IMG/VR virus record: IMGVR_UViG_3300031760_000035
Span: 1 to 64,000 of that record
DNA from: a virus
Taxonomy: Duplodnaviria > Caudoviricetes
Strand: one strand, 5' to 3'
Length of the DNA stretch: 64,000 nucleotides
Shown here: positions 1 through 9,039 of the stretch, one piece after another
How positions within the stretch are numbered: the first letter of the stretch is position 1
How the letters are laid out: every line of letters begins with the position of its first letter
Translations under genes and position numbers: made by a program
The notes under the pieces: model-generated
Told to the model about the DNA's origin: nothing
Seen by the model: only the letters and a program-made list of their open reading frames with translations
Database searches by the model: none

Positions 1-127
1 AGATCGGCGCAGCGGATGGAGGTGGGCCGCGCGCCGGCCGCGCGCCGTGCTCGAGGCCGCGTCAAGATCGGCGCAGCGGATGGAGGTGGGCCGCGCGCCG
101 GCCGCGCGCCGTGCTCGAGGCCGCGTC
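1..127. repeat. Tandem direct repeat, 2 x 63 bp (period 64)
   Basis: 1-63 is identical to 65-127; very GC-rich; at the window edge. Confidence 0.9.
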
Positions 128-276
128 TACCATGTACCAGGCGACCAACGTACATATATAAGTAGTGGGTCGGCGCTCAACACAATGCACGCCTCCTATA
201 TATGGATGCACTACGCAGCCTTGTCGTCGATCCATCGTGCGGAATCCATCTGTGGAGGAATTATGTAGGCGGCAAT

Positions 277-325
277 TATCGGTTGATAAGCTATCTAATG
301 TGGCTATAGTGAGTATCAGTTGATA
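277..325 (+). promoter_or_regulatory. Early promoter P1 with two TATCANNTGATA operators
   Basis: TATCGGTTGATA 277-288 (contains -35 TTGATA), 16-nt spacer, -10 TATAGT 305-310, TATCAGTTGATA 314-325. Confidence 0.75.
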
Positions 326-660
326 AGAACAAACGGACGGAGGCACACAAGATGATCCAAAGCAAAGCGCTAGGGCCGGCGCAAACAGAAAAAGGCTTAA
401 AACAGAATCGGACGAACCGGCGGCGGCGATCCTCCGCAAAAAGGACCGAAGAGGTACAGGGCACACGGTGAAATCCCAGGGCCTCGAAGATCCCTGCAAT
501 GCGCGCAGGCTAATTAGCGCAGGCAGTGTGGTAGTCACCGCCTCATAACAACCTACCAACAAAAGCACGAACAAATACAGACCAGAGGCAGACTAGCCAC
601 ATGTGGGCCTCTGCCTTTGGTTATGTGAGTGTTCGCAAAAGCCAAAAAAAGGAGGCAACC

Positions 661-972
661 ATGAAAAAGATCACACTGACCATTGGCCACAACATTGGCA
701 ACGTCGAGGCGCTCGATACCAGGTCGATCTACCAGGCGGCCACCCAAACGTTAAACGTTCTCGGCTTTACCGCTTTCGACTGCCTCGGCATGTGGCAGGG
801 CATGCCCGAAACGTCTACGCGCATTGAAATCGTGTGCGAGGACAACGAGGCAGGCGCGATCATTGCAAGCGTGCCGGCACTTACGGAGGCGCTCAACCAG
901 GAGGCCATCATGTGCGAGGTGGCAGACGCGGCAGGCGTCTCGTTTGTCGAACCGGCACCGCGTGTGGCATAG
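661..972 (+). CDS. Hypothetical early protein
   Basis: ORF with GGAGG RBS before ATG 661. Confidence 0.75.
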   Translation: MKKITLTIGHNIGNVEALDTRSIYQAATQTLNVLGFTAFDCLGMWQGMPETSTRIEIVCEDNEAGAIIASVPALTEALNQEAIMCEVADAAGVSFVEPAPRVA

Positions 973-1192
973 GTCGGAGGCATGCGCATGAGGCGCACGT
1001 TATTACCCTAGCGCGCGGTATCGCATGGTATGGCATGAGGTATCGCGCGCGGTACAAATGACGTTATCGGATTAGGCCGGCGTGCCATATCGCGCCGGCT
1101 GTTTCTCCACTACCTTGCAGCGTTGGCACGTTTTGCGCGCCTGCGCTATAGGGCATTGGATCCCTGGTAAACCTAGACAAAAGGAGGCAAAA

Positions 1193-1627
1193 ATGTTTGA
1201 GCACGTTATTGACCGTGGGCGCAAGATCGCACTTGAGATGATCGCGGACGTTTTGGGCGGCATGGATGATCTTGACCTGGTACAGATCGCCGGCGACATC
1301 GACGCCTACGATAGCAGTTTCGACGGCGCATTTTCGGTCTATGAGATCTCAGACTTGTGCGACTGCCTGCCTGCCGATGATGTCGCGCTTGCCATCTTTG
1401 AGTCCGGCGCGACTGACTTTTGCGATCGCGTGCGCCACACTGACTATGGGTGGGAGATCGTCACGCCCGAGGATCTCATCTACGACGCCACTGACTTTTA
1501 CCTTGAGGACATCGCCGCCTGGCTGCTAGACAACGACGTCTCCATACTATGGCCCGACTGCTACACCGGCGACGTGATCACGGCCATCGTGGCTACCTAC
1601 TATGAGGATCTTTACCGCGCGGCATAG
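1193..1627 (+). CDS. Acidic hypothetical early protein
   Basis: AAGGAGG RBS before ATG 1193; D/E-rich. Confidence 0.75.
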   Translation: MFEHVIDRGRKIALEMIADVLGGMDDLDLVQIAGDIDAYDSSFDGAFSVYEISDLCDCLPADDVALAIFESGATDFCDRVRHTDYGWEIVTPEDLIYDATDFYLEDIAAWLLDNDVSILWPDCYTGDVITAIVATYYEDLYRAA

Positions 1628-1731
1628 GTAGCGCGCGGCAACAAGGCAGACCAAACGGAGGCCGGCGACACTATGCCGGCCTCCCCTCATATGCAAACGA
1701 TTTTGGCAAACGATTTTGGAGGGATACTATT

Positions 1732-2082
1732 ATGTGCTGGATCGATTCAAAGTTTCATAGCATGCAGGCGCACGTCTCCACCGATAGCGATACCGGCGCC
1801 ATCCGCTTCTACTCTTACGACACCCTCATTTGCGAGGTATCCGGCGATCTGATTGTCGTGGGCAACTACTTTAGGTGCAGCCCCACGACGCGTAAGCAGT
1901 TCTCGCGATTTTTGAGCGAAAACAACCTGCCGCCGTACCTCACGCTCAAAAGCCTTGAGGAGGGCATGCTCAAAGAGTCAGGCACCTATACCGGCGAGGT
2001 TTTCCAGGCTGGCGACTACCATGTGACGTTCTCCAACGCGCCACGATTCTTTAGGCAATTCAACTCATGGGATCTTCTGTAG
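1732..2082 (+). CDS. Hypothetical early protein
   Basis: ORF with GGAGGG RBS preceded by two AACGATTT motifs. Confidence 0.75.
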   Translation: MCWIDSKFHSMQAHVSTDSDTGAIRFYSYDTLICEVSGDLIVVGNYFRCSPTTRKQFSRFLSENNLPPYLTLKSLEEGMLKESGTYTGEVFQAGDYHVTFSNAPRFFRQFNSWDLL

Positions 2083-2192
2083 TTTCCCATATGGCCGGGC
2101 GCATTCTGTATGGTGCGCCTGGACACTTGGGAAATTGGCAACGATCCTACCGTGAATATCGTTTGATATGTAGGTAATGTGTAGTCGCTAGT

Positions 2193-2241
2193 TACCAATT
2201 GATAGCGATTTTTGTTAGGCTAGTATATATATCAGTTGATA
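2193..2241 (+). promoter_or_regulatory. Early promoter P2 with two operators
   Basis: TACCAATTGATA 2193-2204, 16-nt spacer, TAGTAT 2221-2226, TATCAGTTGATA 2230-2241; same geometry as P1. Confidence 0.7.
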
Positions 2242-2265
2242 GGTTCAAGTGCAAGGAGGCACAAA

Positions 2266-2556
2266 ATGAGCGACATCCGTACCGATCTTCTTGAGCGTGC
2301 ACAGTGCGAGATCGATGAGCAGATTAACTACTCAGGCACCTACGACGCCTCGGAGGCGATCTGGAATGCCCTGGACTCCGGCCTGATCTACTACCGCGAC
2401 CAGTGGGCGGCGATTGAGCGCTACTGCTCGATCTCCGATCTTTGGGACCTGGTGGGCGCGCAAGTTGTCGAGGCCATCGTGGACGATCTCGCGCGCGACG
2501 TTGAGGACTACGGCGACGATAAGTTGGCCGAGGTTGAGGAGGATGAGGATTTCTAG
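2266..2556 (+). CDS. Small, highly acidic protein (possible DNA mimic)
   Basis: AAGGAGG RBS; D/E-rich with acidic tail EVEEDEDF; first gene after P2. Confidence 0.7.
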   Translation: MSDIRTDLLERAQCEIDEQINYSGTYDASEAIWNALDSGLIYYRDQWAAIERYCSISDLWDLVGAQVVEAIVDDLARDVEDYGDDKLAEVEEDEDF

Positions 2557-2644
2557 CGATTAGCGGGCCGGTCGATTCTTGGCCGGCTCATTCCACTTTT
2601 CTTTCTTTGCAGGCGCTTCAAACGATTTCAGAAGGGATCTCAAA

Positions 2645-3205
2645 ATGTCAACTCCGAATTTCACCACCAATAAGGACTTTAGCCTCATGATCCTTGAGTC
2701 CGACGATTACAGGCGTTACGTCTGCCCCGATTGTGGCGCGCTCCTCTTCTCGAACGATGGTAGCCATTGGTACTGCGATTCTTGCGACTACTCCACCGAC
2801 GATCCCGGCGATCTTGAGTACGAGATAGATGACCTTGCGTACGATGATGACGTTGAGTTCATCGAGGCGGATCTGCGCAAGTTCTCGGATACCCTGCGAT
2901 TCTTCGGCGTCACCATGGTGCCCGGCTACTACACCGACGTGCAGGCGAAGGTCTACGCTAAGACTGCCGGTATCGGCGAGGGCTACTGGCGCGAGGACAC
3001 TTCCACCGCAGACGATCCTCACGACCTGGGCAACAGCGATTGTCGCTACAATTGGGATCTCTGCCGGTCGGAGGCCATACGCAAGTACGACGCCGAGAAG
3101 CGCAAGGTACAGAAGTTTGTCGAAGGCCTCCGCGACTACGGCATGCGCAAGATCGTGTGCGTTGGCATTTTCTCCAACGGCGAGGCGGTGTACCAGTACG
3201 CATAG
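2645..3205 (+). CDS. Zinc-ribbon-containing hypothetical protein
   Basis: CPDCG...CDSC motif; AACGATTT plus RBS upstream. Confidence 0.75.
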   Translation: MSTPNFTTNKDFSLMILESDDYRRYVCPDCGALLFSNDGSHWYCDSCDYSTDDPGDLEYEIDDLAYDDDVEFIEADLRKFSDTLRFFGVTMVPGYYTDVQAKVYAKTAGIGEGYWREDTSTADDPHDLGNSDCRYNWDLCRSEAIRKYDAEKRKVQKFVEGLRDYGMRKIVCVGIFSNGEAVYQYA

Positions 3206-3351
3206 CGCGCGCCCCAGCGATTTTCGGGCGATTCTGCGGCCCATATCCGACTCTTTCTGCCGGATATGGGCCATTTGCTCAACATGGTGCCCGCCCAGCG
3301 ATTTTTCGGCCTCACGTGGCCTCCTGGCGCGCTTTTTATGGCATTTGAGCG

Positions 3352-3621
3352 CTACTTGTCGCCGCCCAGCGATTTTTCGTACATCTTGTCGCGCTCAATG
3401 CGCCTTTTGCCGTCAATTGAAATTGTCTCGTCATGCCCGACGATCTGCACCGAGTAGCCGCACGCCTCCGCTATGTCCACGAACGTGTCGAGCTTTGGAA
3501 CGGACTTGCGAGAAAGCGTCATGCTAATGTACGTGTCCGCGATCCCCATGTCGCGACTCACGGCCTTGGTGGACTTACCGCTCATGTTGACCATATGACG
3601 CAACGCTTGCAGGGCCTCCAT
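3352..3621 (-). CDS. XRE/Cro-CI-like HTH regulator
   Basis: STKAVSRDMGIADTYISMTLSRKSVPKLDTFVDIAEACG fits an HTH_3 pattern; divergent from the operator cluster. Confidence 0.8.
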   Translation of the reverse strand: MEALQALRHMVNMSGKSTKAVSRDMGIADTYISMTLSRKSVPKLDTFVDIAEACGYSVQIVGHDETISIDGKRRIERDKMYEKSLGGDK

Positions 3622-3676
3622 ATCACCACTCCTCCACTGACAACCCTCACATTGGCTTACATCCTACCACAGCAAT

Positions 3677-3759
3677 TATCAATTGATGGAGGATTTGTGC
3701 AGCGATTGAATATCACTTGATACGTCATTGTAGGCGAGTATAGTAAGTATCAGTTGATA
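3677..3759 (+). promoter_or_regulatory. Early promoter P3 with three operators (divergent switch)
   Basis: TATCAATTGATG 3677-3688, TATCACTTGATA 3711-3722, -10 TATAGT 3739-3744, TATCAGTTGATA 3748-3759. Confidence 0.8.
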
Positions 3760-3957
3760 ACAACTGCGGCCACACATAACCGGCGTAACGTGATCCGATA
3801 GGCCAATCGGAAGAGTGTAAGTTCTCTATCACGGCACAACCCCCGCCCACGAACGCCATTTCCTGATTCTTGAATCATTGCGCTTTTCGTCACGCAGAAA
3901 GCCCAGCGATTTGGGACACCAGGAAGCGAGATCGACCGATTGATTGGAGGATCGACA

Positions 3958-4461
3958 ATGGCGAGGAGAAAGCGACTGCCAGTGATCGTCAGGCTCAACG
4001 ATGAAAACTACTCCGAGCCTACGCACATCGGCAAGCACAGGTGGCTCACGATCTTCTGCGGCGACCGGGTACACGCGCTTACGACGTGCTTCACCGATTG
4101 TGTCACGTATCGCGAGGTGGTGGACGATGACGGCAACGAGGCACTTGCAGAGTTTGCGCGCAACGTCTACTACACGCACGACGGGCGCTTTTGGGTCATC
4201 AAGACGTTCGAGAATCCCGATCGAGTCGGCAACTACGGCGAGCTGGTGCCCGTTGACGGCGAGATCTGGACCGAGTTTCCCAAGTACCGCGCAAAGAGGG
4301 GCATTCCCGACGCGCGGATCAAGTGCGTGGAAGGCGTGCCTGCCTCGATTGAGATGGACGGCGAGGCTTTCGACATCGACGCTGCAAACTGGCCGATGAT
4401 CGAGGCTTTCTTGCAGCTCAATCGCATGCCGAGGAGGTCGCCGAGTAAGAAAGCCGCCTAA
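3958..4461 (+). CDS. Hypothetical early protein
   Basis: GGAGG RBS before ATG 3958. Confidence 0.75.
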   Translation: MARRKRLPVIVRLNDENYSEPTHIGKHRWLTIFCGDRVHALTTCFTDCVTYREVVDDDGNEALAEFARNVYYTHDGRFWVIKTFENPDRVGNYGELVPVDGEIWTEFPKYRAKRGIPDARIKCVEGVPASIEMDGEAFDIDAANWPMIEAFLQLNRMPRRSPSKKAA

Positions 4462-4480
4462 CGATTTGGAGGGAACAATT

Positions 4481-4696
4481 ATGCGGTACACGGCAGTGAC
4501 CCTGCACCTGCACGACGGCAGGACGATCGACATTGGCCTCGACTACCGGGTCGGTGCCAATTGCAAGAGCGTATGGGATGTCGAGCTTCGAGCGCTTCAC
4601 AGGGCTTGCAAGCGCATGGGCATTAGCCTTACGTGGGGAGATTGGGCCTACATGGGCGGCAATTCCTGGTCTGCAAGCGACATCATCAACGCATAG
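4481..4696 (+). CDS. Hypothetical early protein
   Basis: AACGATTT-GGAGGG upstream of ATG 4481. Confidence 0.7.
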   Translation: MRYTAVTLHLHDGRTIDIGLDYRVGANCKSVWDVELRALHRACKRMGISLTWGDWAYMGGNSWSASDIINA

Positions 4697-4754
4697 CCGA
4701 TCAATTTTTACCGATACGCGCTATCACAAGATAGCCATAGAGAAGGGAACTACC

Positions 4755-5153
4755 TTGCAGTACGAGACTTTCGTTAAGGACTTCATCGCCGACCGACTCA
4801 ACGATTTTGAGGGCAACACCTACGACGCGCCGGATCTCTCGTTCGAGCTTACGCTTGAGGAGAACAACAGTGGCAGAGTCTTCAACACCACCGAGGAGGC
4901 CGAGTGCTTCATCTGCGACAACTTTGCAGGCGCGCGCGACACGTACAACTACTTCGCAGACCAGTTCGGCGAGCACTACAACCCGTTCGAGAAGCCGGAC
5001 GTGTTCACGTTCTACATGCTCTACTTCGGCGTTGACGTGCTCATCAACCAGTGCGACTACATCCAGGAGCACTGGGATGAGGAGGTTGAGCTTACGCCGG
5101 AGGTCATCGAGACGATCACCGGCCAGATCGAGGACATGGACATTAGCTGGTAG
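4755..5153 (+). CDS. Acidic hypothetical early protein
   Basis: TTG start after GAAGGG; D/E-rich. Confidence 0.7.
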   Translation: MQYETFVKDFIADRLNDFEGNTYDAPDLSFELTLEENNSGRVFNTTEEAECFICDNFAGARDTYNYFADQFGEHYNPFEKPDVFTFYMLYFGVDVLINQCDYIQEHWDEEVELTPEVIETITGQIEDMDISW

Positions 5154-5212
5154 CACTTCGGCCAGGGACGGGCGGCACGACGGTCGCCCGTCCACTTCTC
5201 TAAGGAGGAAAC

Positions 5213-5632
5213 ATGTTCAAGAGGATTCTAAAAACGACGATTGTTGCGGCACTGGCTCTCGTACTGCTCCCGTCACAGGCACAGGCGATTCCAAACAGGT
5301 GGCGCAACTCCCACACCACGACACAGCACGGTGTCACGTATCGGGTTGACGGCAAAGACGCCGTTGTGGTCAAGACAATGGGCAGGTCGGTGACGATTCC
5401 AAAGGCCATTAAGTACAAGGGCAAGAAGTACACCGTCCATGCGATTTGGGACGGTGCATTGAGCAAGAACAAGAAGCTCCGCAAGGTCGATTTGCGGGCC
5501 GACCTTGAATGCTGCGAGGACAATTCGCTGTTCACCCGTGATTCACGAAACGTAAGGATCACGGTTCACACGAAGGGCGATTACAAGTGGCTGACACGCA
5601 AGGGCAACGATTCCATCGTGAAGCTCAAGTAG
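5213..5632 (+). CDS. Exported basic protein with BspA/LRR-cap-like segment
   Basis: Signal peptide MFKRILKTTIVAALALVLLPSQAQA; VTIPKAIKYKGKKYTVHAI motif. Confidence 0.65.
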   Translation: MFKRILKTTIVAALALVLLPSQAQAIPNRWRNSHTTTQHGVTYRVDGKDAVVVKTMGRSVTIPKAIKYKGKKYTVHAIWDGALSKNKKLRKVDLRADLECCEDNSLFTRDSRNVRITVHTKGDYKWLTRKGNDSIVKLK

Positions 5633-5724
5633 GACGAATACCCGCAAGATTGGGCACCGACTCCGGCTGGTGCCCTTTCTCGCGTGCATTTGTTAGCACG
5701 GCGATTCCGACGAAAGGAGAAGGC

Positions 5725-6003
5725 ATGCCGCGTGTGAGGAAGAACACCAACATGTACCGCGTCACGCAATACCAGTACTGGCCGGCAGAGCGCGGGACTA
5801 CGCACAACGCAAAGTACTTCGACAGCTTCGACAAGGCAAGGACATTCTACCTGCAACGCTGCATCGACCAGATCTCGGAGGTGCGCCTGCTTGAGTACGT
5901 GGCCCTTGAGGTCTTCAACGCGCCGCTCAACAAGTACTTCCCCATCTTCGAGTCCCACCAGCGTCACACGGTCGAGTCCTACGGCCTCGACCCGAACGAT
6001 TAG
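5725..6003 (+). CDS. Hypothetical early protein
   Basis: AAAGGAG RBS. Confidence 0.7.
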   Translation: MPRVRKNTNMYRVTQYQYWPAERGTTHNAKYFDSFDKARTFYLQRCIDQISEVRLLEYVALEVFNAPLNKYFPIFESHQRHTVESYGLDPND

Positions 6004-6093
6004 ACGGCCCACTTGCTTCTGCCTTGGGCATTCCGCAACGGACTGCCCATCACAGTGGCAATTCCGCCAACGATTTCAGAAGGGAAGCAAACC

Positions 6094-6546
6094 ATGAACA
6101 TGAACGTCCACAAGAACGGCAAGATCCTGCGCGGCAAGGCTTTCATCACGGGCGAGAGCGTGCGCCGCGTCATCTACGAGGACTCGGAGGGCAACGAGTA
6201 CGTCGCGTTTGGCAAGTACAACCAGGCGGATCCGCGCGCGCTCGTCTCTATCCGTTGGTTTCGCGTGCACGTGCTCGGACTGACCGAGGAGCCGGCAAAG
6301 AGCGCGGAGGCCGACACCAGCATTCGCGAGTGGTACATGAGCGCCTACCCATCGGACACCATCGGTGAGTGCATCGACGGCAAGGCGACGTTCTGCGACC
6401 TGTTCGAGGCGCTGGATCACTACCAGGACGTTTACAAGTGCATCGGCGTAGGCGACAGCATCGTGCGCGAGCGTTGCTTCACCGAGCTTTCTCACATCAT
6501 GGGCGTGGATTACGACTACATCTACAGGCAGTGGCTCAAGTCATAG
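6094..6546 (+). CDS. Hypothetical early protein
   Basis: AACGATTT plus RBS upstream. Confidence 0.7.
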   Translation: MNMNVHKNGKILRGKAFITGESVRRVIYEDSEGNEYVAFGKYNQADPRALVSIRWFRVHVLGLTEEPAKSAEADTSIREWYMSAYPSDTIGECIDGKATFCDLFEALDHYQDVYKCIGVGDSIVRERCFTELSHIMGVDYDYIYRQWLKS

Positions 6547-6557
6547 GAGGCGGCACG

Positions 6558-6767
6558 ATGGCGTACGAGTACGGCTGCATCGTGGGAATGGGCGAGCACG
6601 ACATCATCGGCACGAAGCCGACCATCGAGCTTGCAAAGCGCAGTTGCGAGGAATTGCAGCGCGACTGGGACGGCACGAGCATCGATGACTGGCACATCGT
6701 CGGAGGCGAGCTGCACGGTTCGTCTGAGGATCCAGGCGAACCTTGGTACATAAGGGAAGCGATTTAA
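6558..6767 (+). CDS. Hypothetical early protein
   Basis: GGAGG RBS. Confidence 0.65.
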   Translation: MAYEYGCIVGMGEHDIIGTKPTIELAKRSCEELQRDWDGTSIDDWHIVGGELHGSSEDPGEPWYIREAI

Positions 6768-6777
6768 GGAGCACACC

Positions 6778-7143
6778 ATGGGCAACGTCAACAAGGCCAT
6801 CACCAACGACAGGATCAAGCATGACCACCCCATCGTAACCTGGGGCCAGCCGGACTACTCCATCACGTTCGACAGCTACGAGTCGGTCTACGTCTACCGT
6901 GACGAGGACGAGACAGACGGCAGCGTGACCTACGTCATCGACTACTACGACCGCTCAACCCCGGAAGATGAGGAGCTTCGCGCGCTTCTTTTCAGCGACG
7001 AACCGCGCTTTGACGATCTCATGTGGTACATCCGCGAGACGGTCTGCGAAATGATGCTCGGTGAGGATGCCGACTATCGCGAGTGCTGGGACTTCGAGGA
7101 CAGCCTCGTGATATACGACCACAAGTATGGTCGAGTGGCCTAA
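6778..7143 (+). CDS. Acidic hypothetical early protein
   Basis: AAGGAG RBS. Confidence 0.7.
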   Translation: MGNVNKAITNDRIKHDHPIVTWGQPDYSITFDSYESVYVYRDEDETDGSVTYVIDYYDRSTPEDEELRALLFSDEPRFDDLMWYIRETVCEMMLGEDADYRECWDFEDSLVIYDHKYGRVA

Positions 7144-7300
7144 CGGACGGCAAAACCAGCGGGCAACTAGTCCACCAACCATGAGATAGGCCCTTAAACA
7201 GGCTTACAACAAGCCGTTTACCTGCGGTTTTACAATAGTTACGATTAATGTCCTAAAGTAGTGCGACAATACGATATGGCAACTATTCCTAAAGGAGGGA

Positions 7301-7900
7301 ATGAAAATGCTGAACATTTTTTCCGGCAACTGGATGGATACCCCTATCCTCAACGACGGCGAGCGCATGCTTCGCATCCTCACCGGCAACCCCATGGACG
7401 ATCTTTACGTCATCGTGGGCGATTCCATGGACGAGGACGATCTTGAGAGCGAGATTCGCTTTGCCCTGCGTCACAAGTACGGCAAGCGTGGCTCAAACCT
7501 CTATCGCGGGTACGAGGATGCGTCGTACATCTGCCAGGAGGCCGAGGAGATCGGGGACACCGTTGACGAGGGCTGGGACGGCGAGGGTTACTACATCATC
7601 GGCTGGTCTGACGGCGGCGACTGGACCAACGATGGCCCGGTCTGGTTTGACACCAAGGCTGATTTGCAGTCCGAGGTTGAGTGCGCCTACAACGACAAGA
7701 CCGACACGCACCTGCCCTACGCAGAGAAGGTCAAGCAGTTCGAGCAGTACGAGCTTGATGCCCTGCTCGGTGACTTCAAGGACGATTTCGACGTGGACGC
7801 CATCATCGAGATTGCCACGAAGGTCTGCGCGGACGGAAACCGCTATTGGGTCGTGGAGGGCGACGAGCTGACCGAGATCATCAAGGACTGCGAGAAGTAA
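7301..7900 (+). CDS. Acidic hypothetical early protein
   Basis: AAAGGAGG RBS after an AT-rich intergenic stretch. Confidence 0.75.
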   Translation: MKMLNIFSGNWMDTPILNDGERMLRILTGNPMDDLYVIVGDSMDEDDLESEIRFALRHKYGKRGSNLYRGYEDASYICQEAEEIGDTVDEGWDGEGYYIIGWSDGGDWTNDGPVWFDTKADLQSEVECAYNDKTDTHLPYAEKVKQFEQYELDALLGDFKDDFDVDAIIEIATKVCADGNRYWVVEGDELTEIIKDCEK

Positions 7901-7978
7901 GGACAGTCCGACAACCTAACGATTTCTGAGGGGAGCCACGTGCTCCCCTCTTTATTACAGCGACGAAGGGATTCAATC

Positions 7979-8293
7979 ATGAAGTTTGCGCAATACGACA
8001 AGCTAGAGCAGTGGTGCAAGGAAAACAACGTGAGCTTCAATGTTCAGCACCACGAAGACTGCCACGTGCTGAGCGTGGCATGGTATCTCGATCCCGTCCC
8101 GAGCAGCCAGCTCAACAGACCGGCAAACATACCAGTCGTTTGGGGACTCATCAAGTACCCGCACGCTGGCGGCAAGTACGACGTTCGCCCATGGGGCAAT
8201 CGCGGCAAGGTCAGTGAGTTCATTGAACTCTTTGACGAGATGCGCAGGAAAGCGCCAATCCAGCCGACTCAAGAGATCGGCGCATTCCATTAG
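7979..8293 (+). CDS. Hypothetical early protein
   Basis: ORF; ATG 7979 after GAAGGG (alternative GTG at 7940). Confidence 0.65.
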   Translation: MKFAQYDKLEQWCKENNVSFNVQHHEDCHVLSVAWYLDPVPSSQLNRPANIPVVWGLIKYPHAGGKYDVRPWGNRGKVSEFIELFDEMRRKAPIQPTQEIGAFH

Positions 8294-8371
8294 ACAGCGC
8301 ACGGCAAGACGGCCCACCTACACGGCGGGTCGTTTGCTTTGCACTGGCAAACGATTTGAAAGGAGCATGAC

Positions 8372-8668
8372 ATGCAGGAGTTCACGCACGACGGAGAGCC
8401 GATCTACAAGGCGATGAGGACGCTCAACCACCACTGCCCATCGTCTCTGAGGGGCCTCACGGTCTGCATCACCGGCATCGTACCTGGTTTCAAGGGCTAC
8501 GGCGCGGAACATGCGGCACAGATGCACGGAGCACGCACGACCAAGAACGTCAGCGGCAAGACGCAGCTCCTCGTGATGGGGCACAACGCAGGCCGCAACA
8601 AAATCGTGTCGGCGCAACGATTTGGCACGCCGACCATCACTGCACGCGAGTTTCTGGCACTCATCTAG
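8372..8668 (+). CDS. Stand-alone BRCT domain protein
   Basis: LRGLTVCITG...HGARTTKNVSGKTQLLVMGHNAGRNKIVSAQRFG matches the NAD-ligase C-terminal BRCT pattern. Confidence 0.8.
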   Translation: MQEFTHDGEPIYKAMRTLNHHCPSSLRGLTVCITGIVPGFKGYGAEHAAQMHGARTTKNVSGKTQLLVMGHNAGRNKIVSAQRFGTPTITAREFLALI

Positions 8669-8693
8669 CTAGGCACAATAAATTCAATCAAGC

Positions 8694-8743
8694 TATCACT
8701 TGCTAGTCTACAGGCAATGCCCTATACTTGTTATCAGTCGATA
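8694..8743 (+). promoter_or_regulatory. Early promoter P4 with two operators
   Basis: TATCACTTGCTA 8694-8705, 17-nt spacer, TATACT 8723-8728, TATCAGTCGATA 8732-8743. Confidence 0.7.
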
Positions 8744-8766
8744 GTTGTACGGAATGGAGTAGCACA

Positions 8767-9039
8767 ATGACTATGTACGACAGGAACTATCTCGTCACTT
8801 CGATCGGTTCTGCCAGGAGCGCAATGAACGCCGGCATCAGCCGTGCAATCGAGACGATCAGGGCGTTCGAGAGCACCATCCGCAGCCGTGAGACTGACCC
8901 GTATTTCGTGCGCAGCCAGATGCGCGAGGCTCTTGAGCTGGTTGACCAGTACCTCGACTGCGCCGGCATATGGAGGGCACGCCTCGACGCGCTTGAGGAT
9001 GCCAAGTCATTCATGGACAGCATGAAGGAAGGTGAATAG
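8767..9039 (+). CDS. Hypothetical protein
   Basis: GGAG RBS; helical composition. Confidence 0.7.
   Translation: MTMYDRNYLVTSIGSARSAMNAGISRAIETIRAFESTIRSRETDPYFVRSQMREALELVDQYLDCAGIWRARLDALEDAKSFMDSMKEGE

Noticed and set aside
7249-7268. TGTCC...GACA as an outlying CI operator
   Set aside because: Spacing and right half-site do not match TGTCC-N8-GGACA.
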